Part shown: positions 27,900 through 41,109 of the stretch, in pieces
Position numbering within the stretch: the stretch's first letter is position 1
Layout of the letters: each line of letters starts with the position of its first letter
Made by a program: the position numbers and the translations under genes
Source of the DNA: Octopus vulgaris
Taxonomy: Eukaryota
Assembly (NCBI GenBank): GCA_951406725.2
Contig: OX597825.1
Span: forward strand, 78,554,001 to 78,618,000
DNA length: 64,000 bases
Direction of reading: 5' to 3'
The notes under the pieces: model-generated
What the model saw: the letters and a program-made list of their open reading frames with translations, nothing else
What the model was told of the DNA's origin: nothing
Databases searched by the model: none

Positions 27900-28170
27900 A
27901 TAAAATATATGCATTGTTTTTACCCCTCTGCGAAGTAATTTCCTTTAATTTCTTCGCAGGAAGGGCTAGTCGACGAGTCGTGTTCTGTCCTCACCTTCGA
28001 AACACGCTGGAGTTGAACTAGGGACAACTGATGAAGGGGATTTTTCCTTGTGTAGTTTGTCTAGTACTCTGTTTTTTCTTTGTAAAAAAAAGGTTCGTTC
28101 CATGCTTGTTTTTACGTTTTCGTTCTCGTTGAGTTCTGCGTCTATTTGTGGTGTCCTGTACTCACGTATA
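27900..28170 (+). mobile_element. Short dispersed element with hammerhead-like core segments (related copies at 22320-22450 minus and 56600-56720)
   Basis: Shares tgtcct..ccttcg and gggacaactga.gaagggga with 56640-56700; a hairpin ctgcgaag..cttcgcag lies upstream; the element ends in a TA-rich tract. Confidence 0.45.
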
Positions 28171-28269
28171 TATATTTATATATGCATGTATATATACATG
28201 TAGATGTAGGTACGTACATATATGTAGGTATGTATGCATATATTTTATTTATTACACTATTATATATAT

Positions 28270-28316
<47 letters not shown>

Positions 28317-28684
28317 TGTGTGAGTGTGTATATATATATATATATATATATAGATGTATATGTATATAAACATATAAATACATATGTGTGTGTGTGTGCG
28401 TTTTGTTTCATTAGTCGTTGTTTTTGTCCTTAGTTTTCCGTCTCACTTGTATGTTGTTGCATTTCCCTTTTTCATCATTGTTTGTCAGTCACTCAGTAAT
28501 ATACAATATATAATCGTTTCAAACAACGAAGAATAATACCATGGAATTTAAAATCATGGGACTTTAAACGCGCCGAAACTTATCTTGAGTCTGGTCTCCA
28601 TAGCTGACGAGAGGATTTCAACATTTTTGTTATTTGTGCTTTTCCGTTAATCATTTTCTTGTCCTGTTTTTCTTTTCTATATAT

Positions 28685-28751
<67 letters not shown>

Positions 28752-29246
28752 CATTTTACTTTCACACCTAATAATCAACCATTCTTTTCACAGTGTAGTA
28801 TTATTTTACATTTAATTATTCTTAACTGTATTTTCTCAGAAAGTAGAATCCTATTCAGAGAGAAGAAAACAAACACCCAAAAACTATCGTTTCATTGTCC
28901 TTAAAAACGAATTTTGTTTCCACTTCCAAATCTCAAGTAAAATTGAAACAGTTTTTTTCTGCTTTTTCTTTCTACTTTCTTTTTCAAAAGAGCATTATCA
29001 AACCATTTATTACACACACACACGTACTTACATACACCCACACGTACATATGTGTCAGTGCGTGTGTTTGACTGTGTGAGCATGTACTTAAGCATATATA
29101 TATATGTGTGTGTGTGTGTGTATGCGTGTATGGGTCTATATATATACATGTGTGTATGTATGTATGTATGTATGTATGTATGTATGTATGTATGTATGTA
29201 TGCATCCATGTCTGTATGTAAATGTATATGTATGGATAAGTGTATG

Positions 29247-29297
<51 letters not shown>

Positions 29298-29326
29298 ATA
29301 TATATATATATGTGCATATACATATA

Positions 29327-29401
<75 letters not shown>

Positions 29402-29465
29402 GTATGATGGATGGATGGATGGATGTATGCATCCATGTCTGTATGTAAATGTATATGTATGTATG

Positions 29466-29498
<33 letters not shown>

Positions 29499-29513
29499 CA
29501 TATATATATATGC

Positions 29514-29578
<65 letters not shown>

Positions 29579-30194
29579 ACTGACTTTTGAAATATATATA
29601 TTTATTCAATGAAAGACAAAGTCAAAACAAGTGCCATGTGTCATATTATAGATTTATTTTTAAATGTGTCTTGTTAAAATGCCATTTCAGAGTAGGTTTT
29701 ATGTCTTTTTTTTACTGTGTTTTCAGTTTGTCTCTTTTTTCTCCTTAACCAAGTGGGAAGAACGTTTGTAAAAAAAACGAGAAGAAGGTATGGGAGTATA
29801 GAGATAAAAGATGAGAAAGACAGGGATAGAGAGAGAGACAAAGGGTGAACTGAAACATGAAACAAAAGGGTGACAAGACTTTGGGTGTGGGAAGAGGGTG
29901 TATGTGTGTGTGCGTGTGTGTGTGTGTATGTGTATGGGAAAGAAAAGTAGGAGGGAACTTGCGTGTTTAAGGGAGAAATAACTGTAGAGCCGTGGATGAG
30001 AAAGAAATATGGAAAGAAGAGCAAAGTAGCATTTGAAACGAAGGTAAGGGATATGTGTGTGTGAGAGAAAGAAAGTGTGTGTGTGGTGGAGAGGAAGGTG
30101 GAGAAGAAGGAGAGAGAAGAGCCACATATATGAAAGCGTGGTCAGAACCACAGAATCAAAGATCTTGATAAACACACACACACACAAACATATG

Positions 30195-30287
30195 TTGTCT
30201 TTTACCCTTTTACTTTTTTCAGTCATTTGACAGCGGTCATGGTGGATCACAGTCTCTTTTGTTGAACCGCAAAAGTGTTATGGGACG

Positions 30288-30376
<89 letters not shown>

Positions 30377-30520
30377 GAGACGGGCTTCTTTCAGTCTATA
30401 TCTAACAAATCAACTCACAAGGCTTTAGTAGAAGATACTCTCCCAAAGTGCCACGCAGTGGGACTGAACCCATAATCATGTTGTTGGGAAGCAAGCAGCT
30501 TACCACACGGCCAGGCCTGC
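30195..30520 (-). mobile_element. SINE family A/B with an internal microsatellite and partly deleted B module
   Basis: B tail at 30200-30290, (CA)n(TA)n spacer, A head at 30375-30520. Confidence 0.75.
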
Positions 30521-30539
30521 ACCTTTATTTTTCGCTTGT

Positions 30540-31005
30540 ATGTTTTGCTTTATGTATGTATTCTCATATATATCGTTGCATATCTAGACATGTTCATATA
30601 TACTTAAATTATAAACATCTGGAAAGTTTTACAGATTTTTACAGTTCCAGTGATGGATCGGATCTGTAGTCTTCGAATTAGCTTTCTCCTTTCTCCTTTC
30701 TCAAGATTGGTATTTAGGCAGTGTGTTGCATATCCCAGGGCCATAATAATTACAGGTATAAACCTGAACTTGTAATCTGGATCGAATAACTGCAGATTTC
30801 TCACTAGTTCAGCATAGGTGTTCTCTTTTTCATTGAACTTCAGCTTCATCTTAACATCCGCTGGGCAGCTAATTTCCACAACTGTGCACAGTTTCTCTTT
30901 TCTATCCCAATTCATTATATCAGGTCTGTTGTGCTTACATTTTATTGAGGTCTTCACTGGGACATTCCATCGATATTCCTTTTTATTAATGGTGGTTATG
31001 GCTTC
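30540..31005 (-). mobile_element. REL-endonuclease LINE 3' fragment (R4-like, second family)
   Basis: WNVPVKT..KHNRPDIMNWD..CTVVEISCP..EKENTY..FIPVIIMALG matches the PD-(D/E)xK REL domain; the 5' junction abuts (TATG)n. Confidence 0.85.
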
Positions 31006-31079
31006 TATGTATGTATGTATGTATGTATGTATGTATATATGTATGTATGTATGTATGCATGTATGTATGCATGTATGTA

Positions 31080-31331
31080 AATGGACTGGATAAAATAATG
31101 AAAACACCTATCCTCATAGCATCATAATTTTGAAATATCTATAAAACCGTCAAAAACTTGTTTATTTTTATGGTTTTTGATCTATTATTAGTGTCGCATA
31201 ATATATTTTGCTAAAATAGTTGTTTCTTTTCAGATATGATCAGAAAAAAGTAATTAAAATTCATTAAGATGACAGATCTATCGGACTTTCAAAGAGGTCA
31301 AATTGTTGGTGCTCGTATGGCAGGCGCTAGC
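31080..31331 (+). mobile_element. Tc1-like 5' end (degenerate TIR plus transposase start)
   Basis: ggataaaataatgaaaacacc resembles the TIR at 21166; ATG at 31269 gives MTDLSDFQRGQIVGARMAGAS. Confidence 0.8.
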
Positions 31332-31399
31332 GAAAAGAGTGTGAAGAAAGGTCTGGCTGGAGGCTCAAGCTTCCAAGTTCGTTGACAGGGCTTACTAAA

Positions 31400-31516
31400 G
31401 GACCTCTTCAATAAATGTGTGAATCTGAGAGGGGAATATGTTGAATTAAATCATAATTAACTGATCCTCCTGTATTTTCTTTTACCCAAAACCAGGAACT
31501 CTCAGCACCTCTCGTA
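31400..31516 (+). mobile_element. Mariner 3' end fragment
   Basis: Encodes KCVNLRGEYVE and terminates in gcacctctcgTA. Confidence 0.7.
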
Positions 31517-31525
31517 TATATAACT

Positions 31526-31568
<43 letters not shown>

Positions 31569-31749
31569 AACACACATATATATATATATATGTGCATATA
31601 TACATAAACATATATATATATACACACATATCTATACATATATATATATATATATATATACAAATATATATTTATATATATATACACATATATATACATA
31701 TATATATATACAAATATATATTTATATACATGTACATATATACATATAC

Positions 31750-31806
<57 letters not shown>

Positions 31807-32172
31807 CAATAAAATAATTAAGATTCAAATGAGTTCCAATGAATTCACATGAATGCGGTACTTAACTCAGATGCACCAGAAATCTTTATGGGATTAACCA
31901 TAAAATAATGTGGGGTGATTATAAACAAGAAAAAAGCAACAAGAATGGATTAGTTGTTCAGTACAATTGTTTCATACGAAGAGCAGATTTATTAAAAGCT
32001 GCAAATATTGCAGCAAAAATACAAGTGTCCCGTATTCATCAGCCAAAACACATATGAGTTTTCCAAACATCCTAGGGGGTGAGGCGACACTCATGAAGTA
32101 TCGAAGAGAGTTCTAAGAAAAGCAAAGTTGGATTGTAAGCAGACTCTTAAAATGTTCTCTAATGATGCACAG

Positions 32173-32209
<37 letters not shown>

Positions 32210-32215
<6 letters not shown>

Positions 32216-32272
32216 ATTTTGATTTTGATTTTTCCAGTTTCAGCTAATGAGCTGTGGCCATGCTGGGGCACC

Positions 32273-32276
<4 letters not shown>
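32210..32276 (-). mobile_element. Very short 3' tail of the CR1 family of 52402-53020, inside (TA)n
   Basis: Reverse complement tggcggtgccccagcatggccacagctcattagctgaaactgg followed by an (aaaatc)n tail. Confidence 0.8.
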
Positions 32277-32322
<46 letters not shown>

Positions 32323-32443
32323 CATACTTAGAAGCATACATACACTCACGTACATCAGAAGTTATAAAGTTTAATATAAAACACAGTGATTGTTAGTTTC
32401 CTCTCTCTATTCCCTGATTCTATGGTATGTATGTGTGTGTGTA

Positions 32444-32517
<74 letters not shown>

Positions 32518-33082
32518 TGTCTGTGTCTGTGTCTGTGTCTGTGTGTCTTCATTCACTAACGATTGCTGCACTCTCGTTGCAGTATTAACCATTATAATTT
32601 GATCACTTAAAAAAAAAAAATTCATGAAATCTCAGGCAAGTATAAGCTTGTATTTTGGCCAAGGACGTATTAAGTATTAAGACAAAAACCACACGTGTAC
32701 AGAGTATATAAATTACTAATAAGACAATTTATATGAGATTATATGACGTTCACATCTTGTTTTTGAGTGCATTAGCTTCGTCAGAGACGTGAATTAGCCA
32801 ACTTTTTCGAACATAAAATGATATTAGATATTATAAACAACCAATTTGAGAGAGAAAAACAAGAACGAGCAACAGACGCGGCGTCGGTGCGACTGTTGTT
32901 GTTCTGTCTGAAATTAAAAGAGTCGTAAAAGATTTTGGGTAGAATGTCTGGCAGCTTTGGTTTTGGTTTTGGTTCCCTGCTCTCTGAGGTTTAACCTCGC
33001 CGAAGCTCAGTTAGTCTTTTATCCTTTCGGGTTGATCTTGCTGGTCAATAAAGTATCAATCCAGTACTGGAATCAATTATCT

Positions 33083-33127
<45 letters not shown>

Positions 33128-33264
33128 TTGCTCTCTTTCTCTGTCTTTCTTTCTGTTTCTCTCTCCTTCTTTCTCTCTCTCTCTCTTTCACTCTCTCTCT
33201 CTCTCTCTCTCTCTGTCTTTCTGTCTTTCTCTCTCTTTTTTCTGTCTAGCTCTCCTTCATTCTT

Positions 33265-33300
<36 letters not shown>

Positions 33301-33997
33301 CCAGCTTATGCTATAATCAACCACTTTGACCACAGAACGAGAAAGAAAGAGTTCCACCTTCTCAATTGTGTTTGGCATTAGCAACAGCAGTGCGAAGGGG
33401 AGACAAATCTTATGCAATACCAACCTCTTTCTTTTGTAGCTTGTGGTGTTAGTGGTGTTATGGGCTGTGAGGAGCTATGTGGTGTTGGTGGAGGGAATTG
33501 CAGATGAGGTAGACGGAAGTTAAGACTGCAGGGGCCTGTGGCACAGCCACGGGGCATGTGTGGGCAGGAAGCACATGTGGTCAGTTCGAGTAGAGACGGC
33601 AGCGAGCAAAGACGTATTTATTTCTTGAGAATGATCGCTCATTCCGCCGGGGTCTCCCGTTTGCTTCTTTTTATGTTGTCCTTTTCCTCCATTACACTAC
33701 AGAGCTAAAATTTGCTAACATGGAATTGAAGTCAGTATTGGCTCGCTTCACAATCATAAGGTTTCAATTTCTATCCTAATACAACTGCCATCGTCATCGA
33801 TCGATATTTTAGAGATAATCAAGAGAGGTCGCCTAAAAGTTTTCAGCCCCATCTTCAGGCACATAAACCATTTGATATCAACAATGATAACAAAATTACT
33901 GAAAAGAGATAACTCGTGCCAACAAATGAACGATTACACGAGGATTCGACCAACTAAAAATAGTAGTTAAATTTCCCTCACAAGATACCCGAACGTC

Positions 33998-34165
33998 TTA
34001 AGGCATAGGCGTGGCTGTGTAGTTAAAGAGGTTGTTTCCCATCCACGTCGTCTTTGGTTTAATTCCACAGACTGGCACCTTGGGCAACTGTCTTCTTCTA
34101 TAGCCCCAGGCCGACAAAAGCTTTGTAAATAGATTTGGTAGACGGAAACTGAAAGAAGGCCATGG
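33998..34165 (+). mobile_element. SINE family A head
   Basis: ggcgtggctgtgtagttaa...ggcaccttgggcaactgtcttcttctatagcccc...gatttggtagacggaaactgaaagaag. Confidence 0.8.
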
Positions 34166-34200
<35 letters not shown>

Positions 34201-34338
34201 AAAGGGCAGGCAACAGGTTGCTCTGCCGCATACCGAAAGAATTAGAAATAGCAGTCAGAGACTGTTTATTTCCATTTTCTACGAGTGGGGCTCCATATAC
34301 GACATAACCCTGCAATTCACATACGCAAAATAGGAGGA

Positions 34339-34376
<38 letters not shown>

Positions 34377-34548
34377 CAAGAAAGTTAGAGGTTGTGAATC
34401 CAACCAACTAAGGGATAATGCCTATCCAATATACTGCTGGTAGAATACCCAATTATTAATACACAAGTGTTTTTTATTGCATTGCAATTGCATTATCGAG
34501 TGTACTAAATGGGTGAAGTTAAAGAGATATTTTACCATTAATTTATAT

Positions 34549-34932
34549 AGCAAATAAGAAAATGGAGGGGATCAATAGGTGGTTCATCAACTTTTAGACT
34601 TTTATATTATGTCAACTTATTTATTTATTTACTAAAATGACAATTACAAGAATATACATACATGTATAACATATTATGCTTTACATATAAAATATATTAA
34701 TATATAAAGATACCAGTAATTATTAAAATATAACATACAGGAATATAAATTAGGAAAATATCTTATTGTATGTCATATTTTAATAATTACTGGTATCTTT
34801 ATATATTAATATATTTTATATGTTATACATGTATGTATATTTTTGTAATTGTCATTTTAGTAAATAAATATATAAGTTGACATATGTCTAAAAGTTGATG
34901 AACCACCTATTGATCTCCTCAATTTTCTTATT

Positions 34933-34935
<3 letters not shown>
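34549..34935. repeat. AT-rich fold-back palindrome of about 390 bp
   Basis: aataagaaaatggagggggatcaataggtggttcatcaacttttagac mirrors gtctaaaagttgatgaaccacctattgatctcctcaattttcttatt; pairing continues to the centre near 34750. A related single arm lies at 40682-40760. Confidence 0.92.
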
Positions 34936-35017
<82 letters not shown>

Positions 35018-35030
35018 ATATATCGGTTCT

Positions 35031-35093
35031 ATTCTAGCAAAAACTGTCCGACGAACGGGAACGTGAAACTCAGAGTAACAGGTTTTGTTGAAT
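35031..35093 (+). ncRNA. Type I hammerhead ribozyme motif (U4C core)
   Basis: ctgt-CCGACGA(35048-54)-acg[ggaa]cgt-GAAA(35065-68)-ct[cag]ag-TA(35076-77)-acag; helix I extends to about 15 bp with one mismatch and one bulge. Confidence 0.75.
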
Positions 35094-35320
35094 TATCTAC
35101 TGCTTTAAATAAGGCATATTACTCCACCACTGGTATTTGAGTACTCTTTTTTCCACCTTGTTTCACATTTATGTGTTTACTCCGGTATATATATATATAT
35201 ACTACGCTTCTTTAACTATCTATCTCGTATCAGGACAATTATCCCCTTGGTTAATTACTCCCTCTCCAATATATTAAGTTTTACATCATCTGTTGTCCTC
35301 AGGGTTAATTGTCCTTAGTA

Positions 35321-35362
<42 letters not shown>

Positions 35363-35363
35363 C

Positions 35364-35395
<32 letters not shown>

Positions 35396-35854
35396 TAGTA
35401 GCAGCAGCATTAGTAGTAGTAGTAGCAGCAGCAGCACCAGTTGTAGTAGTAGTAGCAGTAGTAGTAGTAGTAGCGACAGCAAAGAAACAGGAGTAGCAGC
35501 GACATCTGCTTTGACACTTATCAACTAAATGAAGAGAAAAGTATGGCGTCAACAGTCGTGTTTTTGGCGCTTCGGTGTGAGTTTGTCCTTTGCAATTCCA
35601 CCTCCCCCCGCCACCCACCCACCCACCCACATCAACGTGATTCGAGTCCACGATTCCAAGATCCTAGCAAGATTATCTAAGAAACACGACGCCTCCTACC
35701 AATGCTATGGTGACATAGAATTCGGCAAAGAACCCAAATTGTACTAAACTAAATAAGCGCTCGACGTAAAAGTTCAAAACAAAACAAAATAAAAAAAAGG
35801 ATGGCGTAAAGTTGTACGTAATCAAAGATAGACTTGAGCGAAAGAGGGAAACAA

Positions 35855-35916
<62 letters not shown>

Positions 35917-35935
35917 GACGGAGAGGGAGAGAGAT

Positions 35936-35978
<43 letters not shown>

Positions 35979-35997
35979 GAGACGGAGAGGGAGAGAG

Positions 35998-36087
<90 letters not shown>

Positions 36088-36107
36088 TTTATATATATGT
36101 ATGAATA

Positions 36108-36148
<41 letters not shown>

Positions 36149-36331
36149 TATACACGCAGAGACATATATATATATTACATTTATTCATACACACATACAC
36201 ACACACATATATTCACATTATTACTCGTTCAACGAATCAGAAGAAAGAGCTCGTTTCTTTCTCTTGTGATTCTGCTCGTTTATTATATTCTCTTTATGGA
36301 TGTTTGAATACATACATATGACCATGTACAT

Positions 36332-36472
<141 letters not shown>

Positions 36473-36474
36473 AT

Positions 36475-36541
<67 letters not shown>

Positions 36542-36686
36542 GATAGATACACACAGATACATAGATTCGTATCAATTTATAACTTCAGACGTACTTGCGG
36601 AGTACTTCACTTACATTGCAACAAATTTACAACTAACCTTAACATTATAAATATGTACATACATATATATATATGTGTTTATATGT

Positions 36687-36834
<148 letters not shown>

Positions 36835-36840
36835 GCACAC

Positions 36841-37210
36841 ATATGAATGGCAATTTCTGTGTTTGTGGTTCTTTGTGTGAGTCAACTTTTGAAATTGCTA
36901 CTTTAATTCCTTTGAAACTATCCAACCGATTTCGATGAAACTCGACACGTGTGTTGGGTGTATGCCCATGCGCTCACTTACGCACTTCGAATTTCAAAAA
37001 AGTCCATAACTTTTAATCAGCATCGATTTTTATCAAAAATCGATAGGACATTTCAATGCAAATTCTCATATGAATAATATTTTCTGCCATAACTTTTAAA
37101 GTTTTCAACTGATTTTCTTGAAATTTTATACACAGATGGAATATACGCTAAGGATGGTTGAGACAAATTTTTATCTAGGCCACTCAAGCAAAGCGTAAGC
37201 TGATTTTTGA
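36841..37210 (+). mobile_element. Degenerate non-autonomous Helitron-like element
   Basis: atatgaatggcaatttctgtgtttgt..ccgatttcgatgaaactcgacac resembles the 5' part of 46178-46719; a decayed gcaaagc hairpin loop lies near the 3' end. Confidence 0.5.
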
Positions 37211-37814
37211 TTAACTGGTTAACGAAATTTGGCCTAAATTCTTCTGGAGTTAAAATGTTCATCAATTATTTCGTATGTATCTATGTATGTAAGTATGTAT
37301 GTATGTATGTATGTATGTATGTATGTATGTATGTATGTATGTATGTATGTATGTATGTAGCCATGCACAACTTCGATTTTATATAAACATACAAGTATAC
37401 GCGTATAAACATATACATCTGCATATATACACTCATACACGCATACATATATCAATTACAGTGTAAAAGTGATATTAAAGAGCACACAAATACTGTTATA
37501 TTTGCTCATATTTATTCCCGGAGAACTTTCTATAATTTATGGAAGTCTCAGACTTGGCAGTGCTACCAGAGGGCATAGAAAAGCTGTCAGCAAGCACCTG
37601 TTCTAAATGTTCTCCAGCTGCTGCTGTTACTACTACAGCACCTGTTCTCCAAGCTCTCGTCCAATACTCGATCATCGTTGACACATGGGTTCATGTCGAG
37701 TGACTGCTGTTGTGCCTAAGACGGATCCGGCGCTCAACCGAGTCCATTGTGAAAATCAATCCGCCGCCTTCCTTTAACCAGGAAGCACAGTGAGTGTTTA
37801 TTTGTCAGGTAGCC

Positions 37815-37912
<98 letters not shown>

Positions 37913-37929
37913 GTCATTATCATTATCAT

Positions 37930-38160
37930 TTCTTTTGTGTTTTGTTTCACATCTTGTTGGGTCATATTTCAAAGTACGAGCCTAAAGTGCAGCATATATG
38001 TTACCATAGCATGTGGACTGTTCACAAGAGAACGATCTTCCGAACTGGGCAGATGTTGGTTTTTTCGTGGGGCATTTTCCTTCCCTACATGAAATATACA
38101 CCCCTGATGACCACTGATTTATTTCGGTCTTCATAAGCAGTATCTTGTTAACATCGGTCT

Positions 38161-38229
<69 letters not shown>

Positions 38230-38710
38230 GACTTGCACTGACATGCGATTTACTCTGGAAGGAACTGTTATGTCAATGAGTATACACCTCTCATCGTTCC
38301 AGTCCTCGATTGCAATGTCAAGCTTATTGGCTTTTTTTTTCTCTATCAATGGGAATGGACATGTCGTAGAGGATAAAGACATTGGCGTTGTCACTGACTG
38401 ATAGTTACACCACTCTTCAGTCGTCTTGATCTTGTAATTCATGCATGTTTTCTAATGCGGGAATGCCGCTATTTTGTTGTGCCAAAGAATGTATTCAATC
38501 TTCGCCACAAGAAGTCCTCAGGTTTGAAAATATTTTCTTCCCCTTTCTTCTTCCCATCAGTCTCGCTGACCCAGTAAACAGCTTTTGGTATTGCCTTCAT
38601 TCCTGATTACCGATATAAAGAAGAAAAAAAACCGATAAAGGTTCGGTTTGAAAAGCAAGCCTCTTGATATTTCCTCACTGGACTGCACGATGTGCGGCTG
38701 CAAAAGTCAT
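37930..38710 (-). mobile_element. Degenerate R4/Dong-clade LINE fragment interrupted by (GA)n
   Basis: KANKLDIAIEDW..CILIDITVP and MKTEI resemble the REL region of 54829-55479; the 3' end abuts an (ATT)n/(ATC)n array. Confidence 0.65.
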
Positions 38711-38754
38711 TAGCACAGTTTTTCTCCCTCCGATTAAATTATGTCAAAAGCAAG

Positions 38755-39568
38755 GCAGAGCACTGGCGGAATCGTAACCGCGTCGAAAATAATGTTTAGT
38801 GACATTTTTCCGACTTTACGTTCTGAGTTCAAATCCACCGATGTCGACTTTGCTTTTAATATTGGGTTGTCCGGAAAGTTCGTGCCGATTTTTAAAGGAA
38901 AGAAAAAGGTCAATAAATACTTGCCATTACATTTTTAATCAACCAAATATGAACCATTTTGTTGCACAATGCGTCTCCATATTTCCTTTAACTTGAAAAC
39001 ACCCTCTTCCCAGAATTGAGGTGGATTCATGGCAAAGAATTCATCAAGGTATCTTTTTACGTCATCCAAGAAATTGAAATTTTCACCATTAAGATTTCCG
39101 CAGAAACCTGAATAAGTGAAAATCCGAAGGAGCAATATCTGGTGAATATGGAGGGTGGGGTAACACATCCCAGCCGAGCTGCAGCAATTTTTGTCTGGTT
39201 TCCAAAGCATCAAGTGCCAAAAATGAACTTTCTTATCTTCCATTTTAAAGGGTTACAGAATTAACACAGGTGATAGGAACATAAACCTTCTTCCATGAAA
39301 AGATAGATTAAATTGTGCTCTAAATGGAGGTGTAGTCAAATCCTATTTTATGGACTCAACCATGTTCTAAGATAAATCGAAAGGTAAGCTACTATAAATC
39401 GGCATGAACTTTCCGGACAACCCAAAACTTTGGGTTACAATTTTGCTTTTCATCCTTTCGAGATCGATAAAATAAATACCAGTTCAGTACTGGCGGGGAG
39501 GAGGTCATTGTAATTGATTTATTCACTCCTCAGAAACTGCTGGCCTTGTGTCACAATTTGAAACCAAG
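38755..39568 (+). mobile_element. SINE family C split by a mariner insertion
   Basis: The head ends gtcgactttgctttt at about 38857 and resumes tttgcttttcatcctttcgagatcgataaa after 39440. Confidence 0.8.
38862..39425 (-). mobile_element. Second copy of the internally deleted mariner family
   Basis: Same TIRs and the same N-terminal/C-terminal junction as 26360-26865; retains about 48 bp that the first copy lacks. Confidence 0.95.
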
Positions 39569-40612
39569 CTATGTCAAAAGCATAAGTTACTGGAACTCTT
39601 TAACCAATTTGAACCCAGGCGAAATTTTGAAGACTGCTGTATAAACAGGGATGACGAACATACGAAAGCGTCCAGTTAACTGTTATTACAGTAAGAAAAC
39701 CAAATACAATGGTTAAATAAATGCCACACACAACTATCCTCAAACGAGGACAGTTGGTTAAAATGGGTTAAAATGGGTTAATATAATAGCAACGTCTTCG
39801 GATGAGGAGTTTGCCACCTGGTTTCGATATCCGGCTGAATGTCATTAGTTTTCATAGAAAGAACTAATTAAGACCTCGAAATAAAAAAGAAATATATATA
39901 TGAATGTTGCGTAATGTCTTATAATAAACTCGTGGCCTTGTGCTAGAGAACTGCAACAGAATACGATTTTGAATACAATGGGAATTGCTTAAGTTTCTAA
40001 CATTTTTGACTAAACAGAATATTAAATAGAACTTGATACTATGTGAATATATTAAATATTTTTGTGCTTCGTTGTGTCTAAAGAGAGTCATTGTGCCAAC
40101 ATAATTAACACACACATTGGCTCAATTCCACTCAATTATTAAATATCCCATTCTTTTTCGTGTTAAGTATATTGGTATCATGACTCTCCCTAGACGCATG
40201 AATTCACATAAATAATCTTACAAACCAGATACAAAAACGAAGTAAATTTTTATGTGTGGAATCACAATGTTTGAGACATTTTACTACCTTCCAAACTTAG
40301 CCAATTAGAGATGAATGAAACAGTGATATACGTTGAGACTAAGAACCGCGTTTTTTTAAAAGTTTTTTGTTGCTAATCAAGGGATAGTTGAACACAGTTT
40401 TGTCTGGATTTCAAGGTTTATACTTTCTTCTGAATGCATAAACATAGACATTTATTGACTTGGTGTTTTCAGTTAAAAGCTGCATGTAAGCAACACGAGT
40501 TGTACTTTCACTGGCGCTGAACAACTGAATTTAATAAAACGCCGCCATGCCGTCTCTCGAATACATATTTAATTTTCAACGCGAATAATATTGTTTTGCT
40601 GCCAGGTTATAT

Positions 40613-40681
<69 letters not shown>

Positions 40682-40839
40682 CAAATAAGAAAATGGAGAA
40701 ACAATTTAGTTGGTTAATCAGCTTTAGGATATTATAATGTTGACTTATTTATTTAACAAAACAAGAACCATAATAACATACATATATACATTAAAATTCA
40801 ATACATATAACATAAGAATACAATTATAAAAACCTTAAT

Positions 40840-40897
<58 letters not shown>

Positions 40898-41109
40898 GTT
40901 ACTATTATGTTAAACTGTCGTATGCACAAACTTGGTTAAATGCAATTTTTCTTTTGATTTTGATTTTTGCTTGCAATAGCCTGTTCTTTTGATTGAACTA
41001 TCGTATCTCCAGCTGCTTCAGATGCCAAGATATCTAATATTGTCGAAGTGTAGTACAACGATTTTGCTATGGAATGGTGAAACTATTTTTCGTTTTCTGA
41101 AAAAGCAAC

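Noticed and set aside
39815-39855. Minus-strand CTAATGA..GAAACCAGGTG hammerhead-like string
   Set aside because: G5 is altered, position 17 is G and helix I does not form.
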